Of a stretch of DNA of 64,000 nucleotides, positions 25,106 to 35,845 are shown piece by piece. The stretch spans positions 1 to 64,000 of the forward strand of contig JAUCBJ010007346.1 of NCBI GenBank assembly GCA_032718475.1, given 5' to 3'. A model generated the notes under the pieces. That model searched no databases, had not been told where the DNA came from, and saw only the letters and a program-made list of their open reading frames with translations. The stretch's first letter is position 1, and the number at the start of each line of letters is the position of its first letter. The position numbers and the translations under genes are program-made. The DNA comes from Nemertoderma westbladi (taxonomy: Eukaryota > Animalia > Xenacoelomorpha).

Positions 25106-26690
25106 TATGGCGTCTCAAAAGGATCAAAATCATAACAATTACTGCAGTACTTTGAAATAATATAATAGTTTATGTAAATAATTAAATCACTCATAAAAAT
25201 AGTTAAATCACTTATGAAATATTTAAAAGATGACCAAATATTATTGCGGCAATAAATAATTATTGCGGCAATAAATAATTATTGCGGCTATAAATAATTA
25301 TTGCGGCTATGAATAATTATGGCGGCAATAAATAATTATAGCGGCAATAAATAGTTATTGCGGCAATAAATATGGCCGAGTGGGTTAAGGCGCCACTCCT
25401 GATTTGCACTGGTAACTGGCGCAGGCGCAGGTTCGATTTCAACTTAAGGCTATTATTATTTCGTTCAATCTTTGGAGGGTCAAGGGAGCCAGCCAGCTTC
25501 TGTTCACATACCAGTAGTGGTAGCGAAGATATTTCATTGGTTGCTAGGTTCTATGATTAATGTGTTATAATGAAACCTTCAATGCAGTGCATCACATTAC
25601 CAGTGGGTGTGGGTGGCTCGCTCAGGTAGCCGCAATATTTTGTTTCTATAGTAGATTGCATTATTAGTAAATGTTATAGGCAAAGACTTGTAGGTGGTAG
25701 TAGATCACCGGCTAAGGTATTGGTTATTTATTGGAAGCTAAAGCAAGTTGTTTGTTTAAGGTAAATGGAAACGTACGTCTAGTTTGCGTTGTTTATTTTA
25801 TGTTGGTTTATATAAATACATTGAAGCCTAATTTTTAGTTAATTGAAGCTATTTTAATTAAATGCATTAATTAATAACATTCACTAATAATGAAATCTAC
25901 AATAGAAACATAATATTGCGGCTACCTGAGCGAGCCACCCACACCCACTGGTAATGTGATGCACTGCATTGCATTGAAGGTTTCATTATAACACATTAAT
26001 CATAGAACCTAGCAACCAATGAAATATCTTCTATCTACTGGTATGTGAACAAAAGCTGGCTGGCTCCCTTGACCCTCCAAAGATTGAACGAAATAATAAT
26101 AGCCTAATGTTGAAATCGAACCTGCGCCAGTTACCAATAGTGCAAATCAGGAGAGGCGCCTTAACCCACTCGGCCATAATTATTGCCGCAATAATTATTT
26201 ATTACCGCAGTAATTATTTATTGCCGCAATAATTATTTATTGCCGCAATAATTATTTATTGCCGCAATAATTATTTATTGCCGCAATAATTATTTATTGC
26301 CGCAATAACTATTTATTGCCGCAATAATTATTTATTACCGCAATAATTATTTATTGCCGCAATAATTATTTATTGCCGCAATAATTATTTATTGCCGCAA
26401 TAACTATTTATTGCCGCAATAATTATTTATTGCCGCTATAATTATTTATTGCCACAATAATTATTTATAGCCGCAATAATTATTTAGTGCCGCAATAATT
26501 ATTTATTGCCGCAATAATTATATATTGCCGCAATAATTATTTATTGCCGCAATAACATATGGACATCTTTTAAATATTTCATAAGTGATTTAAATATTTT
26601 CATGAGTGATTTAATTATTTACTTACACTATTATATTATTTCAAAGTACTGCAGTAATTGTTATGATTTTGATACTTTTGAGACGCCATA
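25106..26690. mobile_element. Palindromic non-autonomous DNA transposon, IS3EU-like, in the MEK intron
   Basis: Termini TATGGCGTCTCAAAA...TTTTGAGACGCCATA. 6-bp TSD CGACAG at 25100-25105 and 26691-26696. Subterminal 19-bp tandem arrays (~7 units left, ~20 right). Arms pair up to a ~200-bp spacer. TAY..RTA ends with a 6-bp TSD are the described IS3EU signature. Confidence 0.8.
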
Positions 26691-26895
26691 CGACAGAGCC
26701 ATTTCTCCTCGTGTAAACACCCGAACACTTACTGTTTTAATAGTTTTTTTTAATTGTGTACCTCACCCCGTATTTACGGGGTATTTACGGACTGACAAAA
26801 TTATCACATAACCCTTGCCCTTCCCAAGATGTACCTTAACAAGAGTTAAAAAATAAGACTCACAGATAAGTGTTTACCAATTAATACATAACTAT

Positions 26896-27085
26896 GTTCT
26901 CAGATAGAATAACTCATCATTAAACCGAAAAGGTGCGATAAGACCGCCGTAGGGTTATCATCATTGAACATGAACTGAGAATAAATAATTATATCTATAC
27001 AAAAACGGGATAGCGTGCAGGTAGGATCGAACTGATGACCTCCAGGTTGGAAGTCTGGCGCACAAACCATTCGGATATTCAGCAC
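26896..27085 (-). mobile_element. tRNA-derived SINE copy
   Basis: Head similar to 7855-7927 (GACTTCCAACC...CAGTTCGATCC). Its distal end GTTCTCAGATAGAATAA recurs at ~27498. Confidence 0.55.
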
Positions 27086-28499
27086 AGACATTGTGAAAGC
27101 ATAAAATATAATATAATATACCACCTGGTGCATCTAAATTAATCAATCGGACACAGCTGAGGGAAAAACAACTTTTAAGAAAAAAAAAATACTTTTAAAA
27201 AAGGAAATTTAACTGAGAACGAAATTAATGGGGCATTTTAATATTAGTCACATGGCAACGCCACTTGTAAACAAACGTTATCTTAATGTTTATTAGCCAT
27301 TCTGGCTTTCTTTAATATTTGATATCCCAAAATTGTGAGTTATGTGTTACTAAGAACGTAAACATAATATTTTTTGTCGGTTGTTCGCATCTACATGTCC
27401 AGATTCCATAAAACTGGAGTTCATCTTCATACATTATTAAACTAAATATAATTGTGTGTACCATCTACCACACTAATCTACCAAAGAATTAGCACGCGTT
27501 CTCAGATAGAATAAATCATTATTTAACCGAATTGGTACAGTACGTCCTCCCTCCATTCTGATGCCATCATTGGACAATGGACATAGAGACAGTTTATAAA
27601 AAGTAACAAGTCCCAGATGCTAAAACTGGTACACTGTGTTAGCCAGTCACAGATATTCCACACCTTTCCGTGAGTATTTCCTTTTCAAACAGTAGAAGCG
27701 ACTACATCCTATACACTAACAAATATATGAACAGAGGTGGGCCCGTATTGTTACGGTAATTCGATGTTGAGTACATTGAGTTCCGTTTTGGAGTTACGTA
27801 TTGTAGATCTTTGTACGACCTAATAAGGTACATTACACTCCTTATTAACGTTATTGGTATAGATCGACATTGGTTATTATTGTTATGACAAACCGAACAC
27901 CTTATATTTATCGCCAATATTAATTATTTATTAAGATGTATATATTATATACTGCACTATAATATTCAATTCAAACTATTAATGGCCACATTGCAAATAT
28001 TGCATTATTTCTCTTTTTAATTTATATGCGAGGCAATTACATAATTAATAACTTCTTCGATCTAAATTAATATCTTTCATAGGACTATATTTTTCTGAAT
28101 CTATTAGTTTAACTATTACTGTTTCTGTGCTATTTGATTATTCCTTATATTTGATTACTTATTATTATAGTCTATATTACACATATACACACATACATAC
28201 ATACATAGACACTACATTTGCAATAGCTTGTGAGGGCATTACTATGGTAATTATAAGCAAAAATTGAAAATTTTTTGGATTGATTTTAATTTAATAATTG
28301 TTTTCGTGCATGTAACTACTAACTATAACATAAAAAGTAAAAATCAGAAGACACAATGATGAGTGGTTCCAACGGACAAGGAAAATAATTTGGCAAAATT
28401 TTATGGTAGCTAGTGTTTTAGGTAGGTTTAGCTAGAATTTCAACACTGGTTCCGACATCCTACTTCTTCCTATAAATATTTTGTAGCAGCTAGTTCTTA

Positions 28500-28840
28500 A
28501 TACTAGAATACCAGAACATGTCAGCTAGGCCTATCCTTTTTAAAAAAAATCATGTTCTAGAACAAATATTTTTTGTTCTACCGGCACCGGTAGAACATTT
28601 TTTAGTAAAAATCTGTATTCTATTTAAAACGCAAACGTGTTAAAAAATTAATATCAATTTTCAAAATTTTGTTATTGATTTTAAATTTTCAAAATTTTGT
28701 TATTGATTTTAAACACGTTTTAGAACGATTCCATGCGTTTAAATAGAATCCAGATTTTTTATAAAAAATGTTCTAGAACAAAAAATATTTGTTCTAGAAC
28801 ATTTTTTTTTTAATGAATAGCTAACATGTTCTCGAACAAT
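28500..28840. mobile_element. Palindromic MITE-like element rich in GTTCTAGAAC
   Basis: Inverted arms around a central tandem duplication (TTTTCAAAATTTTGTTATTGATTTTAAA x2). A related fragment lies at ~44738-44810. Confidence 0.6.
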
Positions 28841-29410
28841 AATTAAAACAAAAAACAAAAGATCAGTCCAGAAAATGTCATATTAAAATTTTCAAATTGA
28901 TCGCGAATTGATTTTGCTCAAAATACGTGCTAACCTTTTTCTACTTCGATGATCTTTCGACACATGTAATATTGTAATAAACGTATAGAAATTATCTTAC
29001 CTACTTATTAATCATCTTACTTAATTATCTTATCTAAACTTAGAAATTATAATATTGGAATATTGTGCCGAATATTTCAATGGTAGTACAAGTTGATTGA
29101 TTTGTTGGTTGATTATCACAAACATTTCCATACCCGTAGTGTCTGTGATAATAGTACCGGTAGAACGTTGTGATAATAGTAGTACGGTTACTGTAGTAGG
29201 AGTAATTATATTTAGTAAGTAGTAGTACAGTAGTATATAGCCATAGCGGTTTAGGAAGTCGCAGTTTTGTAGCTTATTGTTCTTTACAAAAAATATAAAT
29301 AAACACGTTACGCTGTTAGGCCTATTACAGTATTATATTACTGTATTAGATGCATGCATCTTCAACAATGGACCAGACCAATGCACTTCGGCATTAGTTT
29401 ATAAACTTAC

Positions 29411-30005
29411 CTTTCAAAACGTCAATTGTAATTTTACCCAAAATATCTTCGGGAATCTTTCCGACTTTCCTAAGGAGTTTATCCAAGGACCCCCCATCCA
29501 TGTATTCCATACAGATATTAATCTCGCCGTCGGAATAGAATGCTCCATAGAATCCAACAATATACGGCGCGGCGCACTGGTGCAACACTTTCAGTTCGCG
29601 GATAATTTGTTGTCGGATTGTCGGTTTTACTTCGAGATGAATCATTTTACGAGCCATAACTATCTTGGACGGTTTGTGAAGCACCTGAAATACAACTCCA
29701 CCGTTCCCACTTCCGAGTTCACACCTTTTCTCAAATTCGTCTGCATTAAATTCGGCTCCTTTCACGATGTCTTTTAGCTCGAGAAACTGGCCCATAATCA
29801 GGCGTTCCGCAATCGTCCAGTTTCCGAAATCGAGATGGACCTTCTCGAATTCCTTATTGGGATTTTCGGTCCCCGAGTCTCTAAGAATTCCCTTGTCAAC
29901 CTCATTCTCGTGGGCTGCGACGGGGCCCGTGTCGGTAGCTGATTTCAAGTCGATAGGTGATGGAATTTTCAATCCAAGTTTGTTTTTGCGACCAGGTGCC
30001 GCCAT
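29411..30005 (-). CDS. MAP2K1: MEK1/2 (MAP2K1/Dsor1-like) exon 1
   Basis: ERK-docking-like [44 protein letters not shown] and [12 protein letters not shown]. Donor AAAG|GTAAGT, phase 1. Spliced CDS 595+668 = 1263 nt, 420 aa. Confidence 0.95.
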
Positions 30006-31807
30006 CACTCACGACCGGCAGTGCGAGCAGGCGAGGCGAGTGCACGCGCTGACGCGCACTTTAGTGCAGGGCGATTGGCGATGATGGAGGCACAATTGTC
30101 TACTCTACTTTCTACTAGGCCTATAGGCCTAGCGAGTGCGATAGTAACGGTCAGACGGTAATTCAGTAATTCACAAATTCAGCCGTCTGCAATACAGCAA
30201 TACAGTAGGCCTAATCAGCTAATACCCGTAATACTGTAATAGGAACTTTGAACAAGGAACAGACACAAAATTACAGGAAGCACAGAAGTAGCAAGTACCG
30301 GTCGGTAGCCTACCGGCTGAGCTTTTATGTTTATGTATATAATTATGAATTATGTTGCTAGGAAACTGGTAAAGGAAAAGTGTACAGTAGGCCTACATAA
30401 TGATAATGTATATAGTTTTTAAATGTGATGTTTGCCCTAAACGAAAGAAATATAAAAGAGGAATTAGCCCACGGAAAAAAAAGGTAAGACAGTAAGAAAA
30501 GAAGTACCGGCAGACCGGTACCTACCAGTACCTACCGGCAGCTACCGTCAGACCGTGTACCGTTTTTCAGGTTTTTACTGCCTGCTGGCAGCTGGACTGT
30601 GGACTGCAGGACTGCGCCGTAAGGCTGTAGGCCTACTGAAGTTACGGTGACAGCGACTGACATTGCAGCATTGGCAGATTGGCATCAAATTTTTATTTAT
30701 TCTTATTACAATACAGGTACAGCAGTATTACAAGACAAGAATCCCAAGACAGCAAGACAACAAGCTGACAAGATAAGTACCGGTAGGCAGGTAGGTGGTA
30801 GGCTGTATAACAACCCTAATAAAATTTCCGGTTCCGTTATCGTATCTGTATCGGTCTGCCGGTATTATTGATTTGACATTGACATGGGCATCATGATTGA
30901 CGGGTCGCAAGCTTGCAACCAACTTGCAAGATACCGGGCCGGGTGCGGGTAGGGGTTAGGCATACCTTGGTACTGCAACAACAGGCGTTGCCCGCTGTTA
31001 TAAATTTTATTTATAGAATCTTCAAAACTATAATCTCATAATCTCAAAACGGCAACCTTGTTCAACTGTTTAAAGTACTGTATATTCTAGTTTTACTGTT
31101 GTAACTGTACATTACTACAGTATAAAAGTAGATTCTAGTTTTACTGTATAATAAATAAAAGTACAGTATAGATTCCAGTTTTATGTATTATACCAGTTTT
31201 CAAAAATGCTGATTTAGACAATTTACAAATTTTACATAATTTCAAAATTATAAATTTCATAACCACATTTTCAAAAAATTACAAATTTGACCTAATTTCA
31301 AAAACATAAATTTCATAACCACTAACTGACTAACAAACTAACCAGTCATTTAAAGTATCGGCAACAACTTCCAACTTATTATTAATCACTAATCACTGAA
31401 ATATTATATTTTAATGATGTCCCACGTACTGAATGAATGCTTGTATATCACATAATAACATTTCCTAACCCAACCAGTTCAGCTCCGTGATGCAAAACAT
31501 TATACCTAAAACTATATATAAGTCAGTAAGTAAATTAAAAAAATGTAAATTATGAGTACATAATTGTGACACCACCCACCTTCCGGTAGCTAGCGTCTAC
31601 TTCTACTAGCTTTGCTATTAGCACGCTTATCGCTGTCTTTTGTCAATATTTAACTACTGTATGACTAAATGAAGTGGTGTTGGGTGCTATACAGTATTCT
31701 GCAATAATTTACTAGGCCTATATCTAACAGTCTAAAAAAGGAATTAAAGTTAATAATTGAATTGAAAAAGGGCAAAGGGTAGACTCAATTAAGTGCATAA
31801 ACTCAGG

Positions 31808-33650
31808 TGTAGTGCAGACACAGGCAGACAGGCACTGACACAACTGCACCTGGAGAGGAGATAAATTCACACTACACAAGTGCATGTAGAGAAGTGTAGG
31901 CACAGGGCACTGACACAAGTGCACCTGGAGAGGAGCTAAATTCACACTACACAGGTGCATGTAGGGAGGTGCAGACACAGGGCACTGCCACAAGTGCACC
32001 TGGAGAGGAGCTAAATTCACACTACACAGGTGCATGTAGGGAGGTGCAGACACAGGGCACTGCCACAAGTGCACCTGGAGAGGAGCTAAATTCGCACTAC
32101 ACAGGTGCATGTAGAGAGTTGCAGACACATGGCACTGCCACAAGTGCACCTGGAGAGGAGCTAAATTCACACTACACAAGTGCATGTAGAGAGTTGCAGA
32201 CACATGGCACTGCCACAAGTGCACCTGGAGAGGAGCTAAATTCGCACTACACAGGTGCATGTAGAGAGTTGCAGACACATGGCACTGACACAAGTGCAAC
32301 CGGGGAGGAGCTAAATTCACACTACACAGGTGCATGTAGAGAGGTGCAGACACAGGGTACTGACACGAGTGCACCTGGAGAGGAGCTAAATTCACACTAG
32401 GCCTACACATGTGCATATAGAGAGGTGCAGACACAGGGCACTGACACAAGTGCACCTGGGGATGAGCTAAATTCACACTACACAGGTGCATGTAGAGAGG
32501 TGCAGGCACAGGGACTGACACAAGTGCACCTGGAGAAGAGCTACATTCACACTACAGAGGTGCATCAAGAGATGTGCAGACACAGGGACTGACACAAGTG
32601 CACCTGGAGAAGAGCTACAGTATATTTACACTACACAGGTGCATCAAGAGATGTGCAGACACAGGGACTGACACAAGTGCACCTGGAGAAGAGCTATATT
32701 TACACCACACAGGTGCATCAAGAGAGGTGCAGACACAGGGACTGACACAATTGCACCTGGTTCCTGGAGGGAAGCTATATTTACACCACACAGGTGCATC
32801 AAGAGAGGTGCAGACACAGGGACTGACACAAGTGCACCTGGAGAAGAGCTATATTTACACTACACAGGTGCATCAAAAGAGGTGCAGACACAGGGACTGA
32901 CACAAGTGCACCTGGAGAAGAGCTATATTTACACTATACAGGTGCATCAAAAGAGGTGCAGACACAGGGACTGACACAAGTGCACCTGGAGAAGAGCTAT
33001 ATTTACACCACACAGGTGCATCAAGAGATGTGCAGACACAGGGACTGACACAAGTGCACCTGGAGAAGAGCTACAGTATATTTACACTACACAGGTGCAT
33101 CAAGAGATGTGCAGACACAGGGACTGACACAAGTGCACCTGGAGAAGAGCTATATTTACACCACACAGGTGCATCAAGAGAGGTGCAGACACAGGGACTG
33201 ACACAAGCGCACCTGGAGAAGAGCTATATTTACACCACACAGGTGCATCAAGAGATGTGCAGACACAGGGACTGACACAATTGCACCTGGTTCCTGGAGG
33301 GAAGCTATATTTACACCACACAGGTGCATCAAGAGAGGTGCAGACACAGGGACTGACACAAGTGCACCTGGAGAAGAGCTATATTTACACTATACAGGTG
33401 CATCAAAAGAGGTGCAGACACAGGGACTGACACAAGTGCACCTGGAGAAGAGCTATATTTACACTACACAGGTGCATCAAGAGATGTGCAGACACAGGGA
33501 CTGACACAAGTGCACCTGGAGAAGAGCTATATTTACACTACACAGGTGCATCAAGAGATGTGCAGACACATGGACTGACACAATTGCACCTGGTTCCTGG
33601 AGGGAAGCTATATACACAGGTGTATAGAAGTGCAGGCACAGGTGCAGACA
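31808..33650. repeat. Composite minisatellite: ~9 units of 75 bp followed by ~15 units of 74 bp (with 79/81-bp variants)
   Basis: Periods measured at 31921->31996 (75) and 32821->32895 (74). Each unit contains TGCACCTG...CAGGTGCA. Confidence 0.95.
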
Positions 33651-34494
33651 AAAATTCAAGAACAACCAGACATTACTCACCGGGCACCGGTAGTTGTCGG
33701 TCATAATACTGTAGAAAACCCGACCGCGTGTCGATATATAGTGAACAGCTGTAAGCTGAATACGTGTGGGACTACTCTGCCTTATAATAATTATAATAAT
33801 CGAAACGTATAAAATAAAATATCGATTGTGTAAGAAACATTGATAATATAAGGCGCTTTGTACAGTAATGCTCACATCAGCAGTCTGCAGTAGGACACAC
33901 TGTACTTTACTAAGGAGTTATTGGATGTTCTAAGAATTGTGTGCGGGTTATCTTTGTGCTAATAATAGATTCCGTACATATGAATGGCCTGTTAGGCTCA
34001 TTAGGCCAAAAGGAATTCCTGATCAACACCACATGGGTGATCTTCCACAGTAAACCTTTCCACTCCGTTTCCCAAGTTGCCTTGATTCCCATTTATCGAC
34101 CAGTGAAGGATGAAAGCCAAGGTTTGGCAAGGCTGCAGCATAAGGGGGGGGGGGGGGGGGGGGGGTGTACTGGCTTAGAAGAAGTTTTTTTTTTTTAATT
34201 TTAAAATGCTTACTGGTCCAAAAAGCGATTTAAGTAGAAAAAAGCGTAAGATACAATTTGGATGGACTATATTGAATTGTAATATTTTCAAAAATAAATT
34301 AATTTATGACGCCCCATAGCGGCAAGGGTCCCACTTTTCATTTTTGACTTAAAATGTTACTCCTTTATTTTGTTATGATTTATTTTCAGAAGTTGTAACC
34401 TTTTTTTATGTGATCAACACGGTGGACTACGTGAAAAAATTCGAGCAGAATTTTTGTTTCTTACTTTTATAGCACTGTGCCCAAATAGCGCTGC

Positions 34495-34570
34495 CCCATC
34501 TAGGTAGGGATCGAACCCGGGTTTCCTTATTGGAAGCCCAGAAAGGTCACCACTAGACCAGTAGACCAAG
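34495..34570 (-). mobile_element. tRNA-derived SINE head or tRNA pseudogene
   Basis: Minus strand TGGTCTAGTGG (A box)...CTTCCAA...GGGTTCGATCCC (B box). Acceptor and anticodon stems are broken. Confidence 0.55.
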
Positions 34571-35845
34571 CTGCTGCTTCCGTACATATAGGGGCCTATT
34601 GGTTGGTTGCTATCGTTACTGGTATACTATCGTTTATTATTTTGTTTAGAATAACATGATATGGGATAGTTTACATAAAACAGTTCCCCGCATGAGGTCT
34701 GGGCGCGCAGACCCCAACGGGGTCTATGGATCGAGACCCTGGTGGGAGATGTGGGAAGCGACCCTGCAAACATTTTAAGCTAATTAGGCGTACGGTAATA
34801 GAATTATTACGTAAGTGTAGGAAATTAGGCCTTCTCTATCTTTGTTAGGGTTATGCTGTTCCCTAGGTACCTATTATTTAACTGCCCAATAAAATATATT
34901 TAAAATGGATCATGTAGGCCTACCAGTTGTCTTGCAAAATAATGTCATAAAATGAGCCACGTCCATAGACATATGGTTCATTATTGTAAAACCCACCCAT
35001 GTTATTGGACATGACTCATTTCTCCAAAATATATGATTTGGACATGGATTGCCAGACTTGCTACAGTAGTTTATATGTAGATATGGACTTATGCCTTTTA
35101 ATGGAAACTACTTTTGTTCAACATTCCCACAGCACCATTAACTCAATTTTGATAAAATGTGGACATGGCTGGTTATGGTTCTAAGGGATCGTTATTATCC
35201 CTTTAATACGAGTTTTTTATTTTTATAGCATCTTGTATTTGCCCCTTATTATTTTGTGTAACAGTATTTTTGATAAACTGTACAGATTAGATCTACTATA
35301 AACAATCCAAATTAAATAGAAAAATCACAATTTTAAGTGGCTGACAGCAGGTCGACTATTTAGGATAACTAAATATTATTGGATTTGTTCCAGGAAATAT
35401 ATTAAGGAAATCTAAGGAAATACAACGGCGCAGGAATTCAATGTTTATTGCCCGGAATGTTATGAGTTCAACGGGGGACGCGAAAACAAGGATATCCAAC
35501 TTCAGGTGTTAATCTCCACCGTTATACGGAGGATAACATACCGAAGGAAACGGTCAATTATGTATAAAAACAATGTGCTGATAGAAATCCCAGCAGGTTT
35601 ACGTTATAAACAAAACCAGGTACAATACAAATTCGGAGTCACCGTAAAAATCACTCACTTGTTAAAGATAATAGGTTTAACGATTAAGATATAATAATTA
35701 ATTGTTCAGCACATACATACAAGTACTACTGTATATAAATGGTTTTATTGCAATTCTTTAAACCCAAAATTAACTGCAGTAAAATAATAAACTGATAAAA
35801 ATTAAAATATAGACCTACAACTGTAGTTGATACATCGATAACAAA

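Noticed and set aside
29277-30084. Plus-strand ORFs overlapping MEK exons (also those antisense to WASHC3, GFER, GET1 and the Ig gene)
   Set aside because: Antisense shadows of real coding sequence, with no independent motifs.
31724-33875. Cys/His-rich ORFs over the 74/75-bp array
   Set aside because: The frame stays open only in the 75-bp part and breaks in the 74-bp part; there are no splice signals or domain support.
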